A stretch of DNA of 64,000 bases from Candidatus Heimdallarchaeum endolithica. GTDB lineage: Archaea > Asgardarchaeota > Heimdallarchaeia > Heimdallarchaeales > Heimdallarchaeaceae. Positions 1 through 9,776 of the stretch are shown piece by piece. The notes beneath the pieces are model-generated. The model was not told the DNA's origin. It was given only the letters and a program-made list of their open reading frames with translations, and ran no database searches. The stretch lies in assembly GCA_021513715.1 (NCBI GenBank), contig CP084167.1, forward strand, positions 448,001 to 512,000, read 5' to 3'. Made by a program: the position numbers and the translations under genes. The first letter of the stretch is position 1. Each line of letters begins with the position of its first letter.

Positions 1-2
1 TG

Positions 3-476
3 GGACTAGATGCCTTTTCTCTAATTATTATGCCAATTTTGACTTTTGTAATCTATATATGTACTCTGACAGCAACTACTATTTATACTGCTAAATCTGG
101 AACTTATCCTTTAAAATGGTGGCATATTCCATTCTTTTTAGCTTTTGGTGGAATGACTGCACCTTTTTTAGTTTTTCCAGTTATCAAAGGACTATTTAGA
201 AAAAATAAAATTATTCCAGGGAAAACTAAATGGAATAAACAAATTCCCTTAATTCCACTTTCAATCTTCTTCTCACTAATTGGAGTTGCTTTTGTAGGCT
301 TAACAGTTTCCTCTGTCCTTGATTTCTTGGCAATTACAAATTGGTACGGGTATAACTATTTCTTCATCCTTTTTGGAATTATAGGAATTACACTCATCTT
401 TGCTTTTCCATTTATAGTAGTTTCTAAAATAATGTTTAAAGCTCAAAATTATGAGGAAGTAATGATCTATCATTAA
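3..476 (+). CDS. Multi-pass membrane protein, probably N-terminally truncated by the window edge
   Basis: The ORF 30..476 frame is open back to position 3. It has about four hydrophobic segments. Confidence 0.6.
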   Translation, partial: GLDAFSLIIMPILTFVIYICTLTATTIYTAKSGTYPLKWWHIPFFLAFGGMTAPFLVFPVIKGLFRKNKIIPGKTKWNKQIPLIPLSIFFSLIGVAFVGLTVSSVLDFLAITNWYGYNYFFILFGIIGITLIFAFPFIVVSKIMFKAQNYEEVMIYH

Positions 477-491
477 AAAAAAAAGAAAAAA

Positions 492-1061
492 TTACCTTCT
501 TCTCTTTCTCTTTCTCTTTTTATTTTGTTTTATAGTTCTAAAAGCAATTATTAATGATAGAATAGTAAAGATCAAACCTACAATAGCATAAATAGGAAAA
601 TTAGTATCATAATTACTCCCGTATCTATCTATAAAAGTTAAATAAGAAACAAAACCCATGATTGTCGTACCTAAAATCAATATATCAGCAATAAATGCAC
701 CTATGGCTCCAGGAATAAATAATAAAAGTAAAGCAGCAATTAGTAAATAAGGAATAATTAATGTAAGTAATCCTTCAGTGGATAAATTATTATCAATATC
801 TAAGAAACTTATTTCTATATCACTTACATAAAGGATAGCAAACAACTTTGTTCTATCAGATAAAGCGTCACTTGCATAATCCCATCTTCCGTCTTCACTA
901 AACCAGTTGAAGTTGTAAAAAGCTACTTCAAATTCATTATCACGAACAGATACAGCTCCTAAGGGAGTCATCATATATGAAGTATTAGAACTATCAACTT
1001 GATGAATACCAATAGGGATGATAAAGAGTATTAAAATAAAAACTACATTAAGAGCTTTCAT
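492..1061 (-). CDS. Hypothetical membrane protein (signal/TM N-terminus, 3 C-terminal TM helices, basic tail)
   Basis: 189-aa ORF with hydrophobic segments and a KKRKRKRRR C-terminus. Confidence 0.65.
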   Translation of the reverse strand: MKALNVVFILILFIIPIGIHQVDSSNTSYMMTPLGAVSVRDNEFEVAFYNFNWFSEDGRWDYASDALSDRTKLFAILYVSDIEISFLDIDNNLSTEGLLTLIIPYLLIAALLLLFIPGAIGAFIADILILGTTIMGFVSYLTFIDRYGSNYDTNFPIYAIVGLIFTILSLIIAFRTIKQNKKRKRKRRR

Positions 1062-1171
1062 AGGGTTAGGAAAGTGACATCTTTTTTATCTTTTTTCTAG
1101 AACCATAGTAGATTTTCTTTGGATATATAGTTTCTTATAAAATGTGGACATTGTATATACGCTTGATAGCC

Positions 1172-2192
1172 TGTTCACTCAATAGACCTGGGTTACACTT
1201 TTGGGCACTAGAGAAACGTAAGGGTGATTCATAAATCTTTCTCCAGGAGTAAGGAGGTTAAGAGACTGGTGAGGACGACTAAAATTGTAGTACGAGCGAT
1301 AGTAAGAGAGGTCGGAGTTGCAGTATTTTAGTCCTAATCTTTCCATCTCACGGATGATGGTTGGGTTCCATGTAGTCTTTCTACTTTTCCGCATGTTTCG
1401 GGGTGAAAAACTCTAGCTCTGATGTGTTTTATTCCTTCTGTTTGACACCAACGGGAGAAGGTACTTGTTCCTCCTCTAACGGAAGAGAAGAGTGCTCCAT
1501 TGTCTGTGAGGATAGACTCGGGGTGACCATATTTTTCTATTGCTTCTTCTAGCAAGCTTATTATTTGCTCTTTTTTTGGCGCAAAAGGGTGAAGTTTAGC
1601 TCCTAGACAGAATCGTGAGTGATCATCTATTAGAGTTATGAGGTGGAGATGTTGTCCTTGTTCTTCTACCCAGAATGGTCCTTTCACATCTATCTGCCAG
1701 AGTTCGTTAGGTTTTTCTCGCTCAAATCTCTTGTATCGAGGTCTCTTCCTCTTTTTCCTATTACTCCACAGAGGAAGACCAAGCTCTCCTATTACTTTAA
1801 TTACTGTATTTCGCGATAATCCTCTTCCTTCTTTCTTCAACAGATAAGCTATCTTCTCCACATTCATTCCTTGTTTTATTCTTAACTCCCTTATCCTCTC
1901 TCTTAACTCCTCATCTACTTTCCTGTGTATAGTTTTTGGTCTGGAAGATCTATCCTTCCACCATTCTCCTTCAGGGTTCTTTCTGAACCTCTTTAACCAC
2001 TTATACACAAACTTCCTACTCACCATATAGTCGTGAGCTACCTTTTTTATCTTCTCTTTTCTCCTTCCAAAGCTTTTTTAACCACAATCTTTCTTAGTCT
2101 CTCTAGGTTACGTTCGGGTTTGTTCATGTTTAATCACTTACCCTCGTAACCCACTTTCTATTTATTTGTTACCAACGTAGGTAGAGTATACA
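1172..2192 (-). mobile_element. IS481-family insertion sequence (degenerate), about 1.02 kb
   Basis: TGT...ACA ends. Imperfect terminal inverted repeats at 1172-1197 (TGTTCACTCAATAGACCTGGGTTACA) and 2167-2192 (reverse complement TGTATACTCTACCTACGTTGGTAACA), 17/26 matches by eye. Higher GC than the flanks. No clear TSD. Confidence 0.8.
1179..2127 (-). pseudogene. IS481-family DDE transposase split by two frameshifts (about 2060 and about 1362)
   Basis: HTH N-terminus; rve core WQIDVKG, IDDHSR, ILTDNG, GKVERLHGT; C-terminal YYNFSRPHQSL lies in another frame (1179..1394); N-terminal MNKPERNL... starts at 2127 in a third frame. Confidence 0.85.
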
Positions 2193-2490
2193 ATTCTTTT
2201 TTTTTCTAGAAAAGTTTAAGTGAAGGCCTATAAATTGTTTTTATAACAAAATCTTGAAAGACTACCACTTAGCTTATTTACTCAACTAAATGTTATTAAA
2301 ATAAAAATAGAAAGCATCTCATTAAATACATCTTCCTAATTTTATGGCAAAAGTTATGAAGGAAAACCAGACATTAATTGTATAAACACGTAAAATTTTA
2401 AACGACTGAAACAGTGCACCTTATTGCAGAAATATTAATTAATGGAAAAAATTTATATATTTTTTAAAGGAAGCTTTGTTTTGAAAAAGA

Positions 2491-5400
2491 ATGAGAAAAA
2501 ATATTAAAATATTATTTATTGCTTTTGGAATAATAGTTTTTAGTGCATGTTTTCTCTATGTTTCCTTTTTGGAATTTCATTTTAAATACCAACATAATAA
2601 GGTATTACATTCTTTAAATATAAATAAGAATACTGAAAATCAAGATTTCTTTAGTGAAAACCTGTCTGAATCAAAGCAAAATTTTACCAATTATAAAAAA
2701 TTATATCCATCTTTTGGTTTTAAAACAAAATGGGCTCGAGACTTGTTCTATCATGATGCTCCACTTACAGCTTCAGCAGATTTAGATGGAGACGGAAAAA
2801 AGGAAATAATTGCAACTGATTCTTATAAAATTATCTGTTTAGATAGTGATGGAAATGAACTTTGGAGCTATCCAGGAGTGCCTAGTTATGCACAACCCAC
2901 AATAATAGATATTGACAACGATTCATCTCTTGAAATACTTTATAGAGTAGAAAATTCTATATATTGTTTAAATAGAACAGGATATAAAGAATGGGTATAT
3001 AATTCAATATCAAGTGATTTTTGTGTCGCTGATATAAATAATGATAACTTCTTTGAAATTCTATTCTATAATTATTCAGACTTAGTAAATCTCTCGCATA
3101 ATGGTAGTGTAATTTGGATATATCATAATTCTTTTAACTTCACTATGTCTCCACGGGTTGCAGACATTAACAATGATAATTATATGGAAATTATAGTTGG
3201 AGATGAAGATAACAATGTTTACAGTTTTTATCACACAAAAATACTACATTGGTCGTCTAAACTTGATGGAAAACCTATATTTTCGGCTTCTTTTGGAGAT
3301 ATAAATAATGATGGAAGTATTAAGATATTTTTGTGTCTAGATAACAATAAGGTATATTGCATTAATGTAACAGGAGGTATTGAGTGGTATTATGTTTGTG
3401 CTCATCCCCTTTTCTCATCTCCAGTTGTTACAGATATTAATAACGATTTTGTTCCAGAAATTCTTTTTGTTGATAAGCTCAATCTTTATTGCTTAGACTC
3501 AGAAGGTAATATCTTGTTTAATAAAATAGTTGCTGGTTTATCAATCTGCGGAGAACCATCAATTGCTGATTTTAATGGAGACAACTATATGGAAATAATA
3601 GTTTATACGTGGGATTATAAATTTATTTGTTATGATTGTGAAGGAAATGTAATTTTAACATTAGATACCAAAACAGGAGAACCAATAAGATATCATTATG
3701 CTACTCAATATGTAACTGATCTTGATAATAATGGACTTCTTGATGTGTTGTTTTATTCAATAGAATTACAGCTTTGTTGCTTAGAAGTAAATAATGTGCA
3801 AAAAAGCGGCAATGCTACATGGTACAGTTTAAGTGGATCAAATTTTCATACAGGTTGGGATGATGTGGATGGAGATTATTTAGATAAAGCAACTGAAGAA
3901 ATAGTTTATAAAACAAATGTGTCTCAATCAGATAGCGATTTAGATGGATTGTCAGATTCTTACGAAGTAATGATCTCTTTTACCTCTCCGATAAATAATG
4001 ATACTGATTCTGATGGATTGTTGGATGGAGAGGAGGTCTTAACTTATTCTACATTGCCAACAAATAATGATACTGATTCTGATGGATTGTTAGATGGTGA
4101 GGAGGTCTTAACTTATTTTACATTGCCAACAAATAATGATACTGATTCTGATGGATTGTTGGATGGAGAGGAGGTCTTAACTTATTCTACATTGCCAACA
4201 AATAATGATACTGATTCTGATGGATTGTTGGATGGAGAGGAGGTCTTAACTTATTCTACATTGCCAACAAATAATGATACTGATTCTGATGGATTGTTGG
4301 ATGGAGAGGAGGTCTTAACTTATTCTACATTACCAACAAATAATGATACTGATAACGACGATATTCCTGATGGTTGGGAAGTAGAGAATGGACTTGACCC
4401 TTTAGTTAACGATACAAGTGGTGATCTAGACTCTGATGGTTTAACTAATGTTCAGGAATATACATATTCTACTCAAGCTAATAACGATGACACTGATTCT
4501 GATGGATTGTTGGATGGAGAGGAGGTCTTAACTTATTCTACATCACCAACAGATAATGATACTGATTCTGATGGATTGTTAGATGGAGAGGAGGTCTTAA
4601 CTTATTCTACATCACCAACAGATAATGATACTGATTCTGATGGATTGTTAGATGGTGAGGAGATCTTAATTTACTCTACATTGCCAGATGATCCTGATTG
4701 TGACAACGACTTTCTCACAGATTATGAGGAAGTAAAAATATATGATACAAATCCATTTTACAGTGACACTGATTATGATGGTATTGGTGATTACAGTGAA
4801 ATAATTGACTATGGAACAGATCCAAAAAATCCTGACACAGATGGAGATGGATTGAATGATATGACAGAGCTACCACCAGATTCTGTTACAAGTCCAGTAG
4901 ACCCTGATACTGATTCTGATGGATTGTTGGATGGAGAGGAGGTCTTAACTTATTCTACATCACCTGATGACTCTGATTCAGATGACGATAACATGCCTGA
5001 TGGTTGGGAAGTAGAGAATGGACTTGACCCTTTAGTTAACGACACAAGTGGTGATCTAGACTCTGATGGTTTAACTAATCTTCAGGAATATATCTCTTCC
5101 ACTCAAGCTAATAACGATGATACTGATTCTGATGGATTGTTGGATGGAGAGGAGGTCTTAACTTATTCTACATTGCCAACAAATAATGATACTGATACAG
5201 ATGGATTGTTAGATGGTGAGGAGGTCTTAACTTATTCTACATTGCCAACAAATAATGATACTGATACAGATGGATTGTTGGATGGAGAGGAGGTCTTAAC
5301 TTATTCTACATCATCAACAGATAATGATACTGATTCTGATGGATTGTTGGATGGAGAGGAAATCCTGAATTATAGTTGCAATCCTACCTTAAATGATACT

Positions 5401-7323
5401 GATTCTGATGGATTGTTAGATGGTGAGGAGGTCTTAACTTATTCTACATTGCCAACAAATAATGATACTGATACAGATGGATTGTTAGATGGAGAGGAGG
5501 TCTTAACTTATTCTACATTGCCAACAAATAATGATACTGATACAGATGGATTGTTAGATGGAGAGGAGGTTATAACTTATTCTACATTGCCAACAAATAA
5601 TGATACTGATACAGATGGATTGTTGGATGGAGAGGAGGTCTTAACTTATTCTACATCACCAACAGATAATGATACTGATTCTGATGGATTGTTGGATGGA
5701 GAGGAAATCCTGAATTATAGTTGCAATCCTACCTTAAATGATACTGATTCTGATGGATTGTTAGATGGTGAGGAGGTCTTAACTTATTCTACATTGCCAA
5801 CAAATAATGATACTGATTCTGATGGATTGTTAGATGGTGAGGAGGTCTTAACTTATTCTACATTGCCAACAAATAATGATACTGATACAGATGGATTGTT
5901 GGATGGAGAGGAGGTTATAACTTATTCTACATTGCCAACAAATAATGATACTGATACAGATGGATTGTTGGATGGAGAGGAGGTCTTAACTTATTCTACA
6001 TCACCAACAGATAATGATACTGATTCTGATGGATTGTTAGATGGAGAGGAAATCCTGAATTATAGTTGCAATCCTACCTTAAATGATACTGATACAGATG
6101 GATTGTTAGATGGAGAGGAAATCCTGAATTATAGTTGCAATCCTACCTTAAATGATACTGATACAGATGGATTGTTGGATGGAGAGGAGGTCTTAACTTA
6201 TTCTACATTGCCAACAAATAATGATACTGATTCTGATGGATTGTTAGATGGTGAGGAGGTCTCAACTTACTTTACATCACCTAACGATAGTGATACCGAT
6301 GACGACAAAATATCAGATTACGAGGAATTGATGCTATACGATACCAATCCTACCTTAAATGACACTGATACAGATGGATTGTTGGATGGAGAGGAAATCC
6401 TGAATTATAGTTGCAATCCTACCTTAAATGATACTGATTCTGATGGATTGTTAGATGGTGAGGAGGTTATAACTTATTCTACATTGCCAACAAATAATGA
6501 TACTGATTCTGATGGATTGTTAGATGGTGAGGAGGTTATAACTTATTCTACATTGCCAACAAATAATGATACTGATTCTGATGGATTGTTAGATGGTGAG
6601 GAGGTCTCAACTTATTCTACATTGCCAACAGATAATGATACTGATTCTGATGGATTGTTAGATGGTGAGGAGGTCTCAACTTACTTTACATCACCTAACG
6701 ATAGTGATACCGATGACGACAAAATATCAGATTACGAGGAATTGATGCTATACGATACCAATCCTACCTTAAATGACACTGATACAGATGAACTAACAGA
6801 TTATGAGGAATTAATGATATACTCTACAAATCCTATTAAAAATGATACAGATATAGATAAACTAACTGATGGTGAAGAAATATTTATTTATTACACAAAT
6901 CCTGTTAAAAATGATACTGATGATGATAGATTGCTTGATGGTGAAGAGGTTTACATCTATTCTACATCACCAATTAAAAGTGATACAGATTCAGATGGTA
7001 TGCCTGATGGATGGGAAGTACAAAACGATCTTGACCCCCTAATTGATGATGCAAATGAGGATCCAGATAATGATGGATATCTTAACATAGAAGAATATAT
7101 TAATCATACAGACCCACATAAACTAGATAAAGGAAAAACAATAGGTGGAGTCAACTATCGTAAAATAATAATGTCAACTTTGATACCGTTAGGTGTTACT
7201 ATTACAGTTTTAACGGGATACATCGTAAGAAAAAATATTTTAAAGAAGAAAGCAATATCAAATATTGATAAATTGCTGGAAGAATATGATAAGTGGGGAA
7301 ATAAAGGAAAGAAAGTAAACTGA
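2491..7323 (+). CDS. Giant single-pass surface protein: FG-GAP/PQQ-like beta-propeller, long DxDxDG (TSP3-like) Ca-binding repeat stalk, TM, short tail with the conserved IDxLL..W..GKK motif
   Basis: N-terminal hydrophobic signal; repeated (A)DINNDxxxEI blades; dozens of DTDSDGLLDGEE repeats; TM IIMSTLIPLGVTITVLTGYIV; ends IDKLLEEYDKWGNKGKKVN. Confidence 0.9.
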   Translation: MRKNIKILFIAFGIIVFSACFLYVSFLEFHFKYQHNKVLHSLNINKNTENQDFFSENLSESKQNFTNYKKLYPSFGFKTKWARDLFYHDAPLTASADLDGDGKKEIIATDSYKIICLDSDGNELWSYPGVPSYAQPTIIDIDNDSSLEILYRVENSIYCLNRTGYKEWVYNSISSDFCVADINNDNFFEILFYNYSDLVNLSHNGSVIWIYHNSFNFTMSPRVADINNDNYMEIIVGDEDNNVYSFYHTKILHWSSKLDGKPIFSASFGDINNDGSIKIFLCLDNNKVYCINVTGGIEWYYVCAHPLFSSPVVTDINNDFVPEILFVDKLNLYCLDSEGNILFNKIVAGLSICGEPSIADFNGDNYMEIIVYTWDYKFICYDCEGNVILTLDTKTGEPIRYHYATQYVTDLDNNGLLDVLFYSIELQLCCLEVNNVQKSGNATWYSLSGSNFHTGWDDVDGDYLDKATEEIVYKTNVSQSDSDLDGLSDSYEVMISFTSPINNDTDSDGLLDGEEVLTYSTLPTNNDTDSDGLLDGEEVLTYFTLPTNNDTDSDGLLDGEEVLTYSTLPTNNDTDSDGLLDGEEVLTYSTLPTNNDTDSDGLLDGEEVLTYSTLPTNNDTDNDDIPDGWEVENGLDPLVNDTSGDLDSDGLTNVQEYTYSTQANNDDTDSDGLLDGEEVLTYSTSPTDNDTDSDGLLDGEEVLTYSTSPTDNDTDSDGLLDGEEILIYSTLPDDPDCDNDFLTDYEEVKIYDTNPFYSDTDYDGIGDYSEIIDYGTDPKNPDTDGDGLNDMTELPPDSVTSPVDPDTDSDGLLDGEEVLTYSTSPDDSDSDDDNMPDGWEVENGLDPLVNDTSGDLDSDGLTNLQEYISSTQANNDDTDSDGLLDGEEVLTYSTLPTNNDTDTDGLLDGEEVLTYSTLPTNNDTDTDGLLDGEEVLTYSTSSTDNDTDSDGLLDGEEILNYSCNPTLNDTDSDGLLDGEEVLTYSTLPTNNDTDTDGLLDGEEVLTYSTLPTNNDTDTDGLLDGEEVITYSTLPTNNDTDTDGLLDGEEVLTYSTSPTDNDTDSDGLLDGEEILNYSCNPTLNDTDSDGLLDGEEVLTYSTLPTNNDTDSDGLLDGEEVLTYSTLPTNNDTDTDGLLDGEEVITYSTLPTNNDTDTDGLLDGEEVLTYSTSPTDNDTDSDGLLDGEEILNYSCNPTLNDTDTDGLLDGEEILNYSCNPTLNDTDTDGLLDGEEVLTYSTLPTNNDTDSDGLLDGEEVSTYFTSPNDSDTDDDKISDYEELMLYDTNPTLNDTDTDGLLDGEEILNYSCNPTLNDTDSDGLLDGEEVITYSTLPTNNDTDSDGLLDGEEVITYSTLPTNNDTDSDGLLDGEEVSTYSTLPTDNDTDSDGLLDGEEVSTYFTSPNDSDTDDDKISDYEELMLYDTNPTLNDTDTDELTDYEELMIYSTNPIKNDTDIDKLTDGEEIFIYYTNPVKNDTDDDRLLDGEEVYIYSTSPIKSDTDSDGMPDGWEVQNDLDPLIDDANEDPDNDGYLNIEEYINHTDPHKLDKGKTIGGVNYRKIIMSTLIPLGVTITVLTGYIVRKNILKKKAISNIDKLLEEYDKWGNKGKKVN
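3994..6790 (+). repeat. Intragenic near-perfect 69-bp (23-aa) tandem repeat array, DTDSDGLLDGEEVLTYSTLPTNN, with higher-order blocks
   Basis: The unit aataatgatactgattctgatggattg...ccaaca recurs at 69-bp spacing (e.g. 4201, 4270). Variant units (EEILNYSCNPTLN, KISDYEELMLY) are also duplicated. Confidence 0.95.
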
Positions 7324-7477
7324 CTTTGTACTTGTATATATATGTTGATAGATGATGTTTCAGAGTTTATAATTACATGTTACATATGAGAAATAGACAT
7401 ATGAGAATTAGATTGAAATTTAATTGTTATTGCTGGATTCGCTAACACTATTACTGTACCTGATATTTTTATTCGGC

Positions 7478-8410
7478 TCATGAATGAGAAATTGGTTGTT
7501 CTACTTCTATCATTCCAGCTAACTCTTTAACATTTTCAATTATTTTCTTTGTAAATTCTTTTGAGCCAGGATTGTGATGCATAAAGTAATAATTGGGAAC
7601 TTCTACATAGGTACCGTTTTTCATATTTTCAGCTATTTTAACTGCATCACCACCTTTATGCATCCTGTCTTTCATTGTACCGTATAGCCATGAGCGTACA
7701 TCAACCCTAATGTAATCTTCGTAACAATTATGATTGATTATTGGGAAGCTCTTTTTCCAGTTTGAACCTTTTCCATTATCAAAAAGTTCGAAGTAAGTTT
7801 TTCTCTGTATACCTTTAGGAATAGTCATACCTATCCATAATTTAAGTAAGGGTTTTCCAACAAAATTATATGTAAAGTCTGCTGGAAAATATGCAAGAGG
7901 GATAAGTTTTCTAGGTATTGGGAAACGTAATGTTGGACTTATAAAAATAGATCCTTTAGGTTTAATGAATCCTTCTGCAATCGCGTGAGCGTTAACTGCA
8001 GCCCCAAAACAAGGACCTAATATAACAGTCTTTTCAAGATCTAAATTATAATATTCTATAGCTTCTTTAACATCAAGAGCATGTCTTTCCATTGTTCCAG
8101 TATGCTTTTTGTTCATTTTAGAAAAACGCTTTTCTCTGGTCTCTAAAACATATAAATCAAAATATTTATACAATTCATCCCACGTATCATTCCAACTGAA
8201 AGGAGCTGTTGACCAACCTGGAACAAAAAATAAACTAAACTTGGATGAATGCTTACCTTTTTTTGTATAATAAGAATAAAGTTCTGCTCCATCACTCATT
8301 GTAATAAATTCTTTCTTTGCTTCATTGTAAAAGAGTGCTCTTTGAGTGTACTTTTTTGAAAAACTGCTGTATATGTCTTCCTCCTCTTCTTCATCAATGA
8401 TATCATTCAT
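7478..8410 (-). CDS. Alpha/beta-hydrolase fold protein with Cys at the nucleophile elbow
   Basis: FFVPGW oxyanion segment, ILGPCFGA elbow, DRMH, C-terminal His; paralog of the adjacent gene. Confidence 0.8.
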   Translation of the reverse strand: MNDIIDEEEEEDIYSSFSKKYTQRALFYNEAKKEFITMSDGAELYSYYTKKGKHSSKFSLFFVPGWSTAPFSWNDTWDELYKYFDLYVLETREKRFSKMNKKHTGTMERHALDVKEAIEYYNLDLEKTVILGPCFGAAVNAHAIAEGFIKPKGSIFISPTLRFPIPRKLIPLAYFPADFTYNFVGKPLLKLWIGMTIPKGIQRKTYFELFDNGKGSNWKKSFPIINHNCYEDYIRVDVRSWLYGTMKDRMHKGGDAVKIAENMKNGTYVEVPNYYFMHHNPGSKEFTKKIIENVKELAGMIEVEQPISHS

Positions 8411-8580
8411 TTTAGTCTGTTTGTAAAAAAAACAGTTGATTAAAAATTTTATTGGTAGTACAAAAATAAAATTGCATTATTTTATAAATGCACATTAAAA
8501 TTAGAATAAACAAGAATTTAGGCTTATAACCTTATTATTTGAAAATAAAAGAAGGTTGGAGTTAAAGAAAAATAAGTAAA

Positions 8581-9456
8581 CTAATTAGCTGTAGAAATTA
8601 TTTTTTCTATGTAATCTTTGGTAATCTGGGCATATTTTTGAGCACCTGGATTATAATGAGCAAAGTAGTAAGAAGGGGTGTCAACATACTCTCCTTTGGG
8701 CATCATTTCTGCAACTTGTTTAGCAATAAATGCTTCGTGCATTCTGTCTTCAGTCGCTCCTGTAATTAGAGCTGGACATTCTACATTAGGATAATCAACA
8801 AATGAGTTGTGCCAAGCAACAGCTAAAAACTTTTTCCACCTCATTCCTGTGGCGTTCTTAATGTTATTGATATAAATATCTCGTTGTTTTCCTTTAGGCA
8901 TGGATAAAGTTAACCAGATAACAAGTAAAGGTTTACCAATGATACCCATAAAAAATGCAGGAAGAACATAAGCTAAAGGAAGTAAAACCTTAGGAAGGAA
9001 AAATTTCTTAGGAGGACCATTTAGAATAATACCTAGGGGATTGACTTTTTTCGTTGCTACTGTATGAGCAATAATAGAAGCACCAATGCATGGACCCATA
9101 AGAAAGGTCTTTTTTTCATTTAAATTAAAATAATCAATAGCTTCCTTAATATCTAAAGCAAGACGATCCATATTTGCTTTGTGTCTCCACTTGACTTTTG
9201 CACTTTTCATCTCCCTTTTCTCTTGTACATAAAGATTATAGTCCTTATAGAGATGACTCCAAAGATCATTCCAAGAAAAAGGACCAGTATTAAATCCAGG
9301 AACGAAAAAAATAGTATAATCTTTATTCTTGTTAGTGTAATAGTGAAGTAACTCTGCACCATCAGACATTGGTACATATTCTTTTTTAGCTTCATCATAA
9401 AAAGATGTATCTTGAATATAATCTTCAGGAAATTCGTGCATATTAACCAAAATCAA
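8581..9456 (-). CDS. Alpha/beta-hydrolase fold protein with Cys at the nucleophile elbow (tandem paralog)
   Basis: FFVPGF, LMGPCIGA, EDRMH, YYFAHYNPG. Confidence 0.8.
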   Translation of the reverse strand: MILVNMHEFPEDYIQDTSFYDEAKKEYVPMSDGAELLHYYTNKNKDYTIFFVPGFNTGPFSWNDLWSHLYKDYNLYVQEKREMKSAKVKWRHKANMDRLALDIKEAIDYFNLNEKKTFLMGPCIGASIIAHTVATKKVNPLGIILNGPPKKFFLPKVLLPLAYVLPAFFMGIIGKPLLVIWLTLSMPKGKQRDIYINNIKNATGMRWKKFLAVAWHNSFVDYPNVECPALITGATEDRMHEAFIAKQVAEMMPKGEYVDTPSYYFAHYNPGAQKYAQITKDYIEKIISTAN

Positions 9457-9776
9457 GTAAAGTAATAGCTATTTATTTTTTTGCTTGAAAAGTTAGTAAT
9501 TTCATTAATAAAAATAAATAAACTTCTGAATAATAAGATACTTGTGAAATCTATGTTCTGTCTAGTAAAACATTTACTAAGTTAGTTTAAAGAAATATGA
9601 AAAGTAAAAATAAGAAAATGGTCTACTAAAGTCTAAATTTGAAGCAATTTATTTTAGAGAAGTCATCAGAAAAGAATTTACAACTTAATTAAAAGAATCC
9701 TATAAAAAATTTAAAGAATATTTAAAACGAAATTTTTAAAAAAAATCTTATAAGAATGAGTTGAGTATATAAAGCG

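Noticed and set aside
2340-2445. Possible Zn-ribbon gene remnant (KQC/PYCRNI across a frameshift)
   Set aside because: Too short to distinguish from chance.
3994-6790. Regular repeats as a possible CRISPR array
   Set aside because: Units are in-frame multiples of 3 within a long ORF, have no unique spacers, and no cas genes are present. The same applies to 53750-55950.
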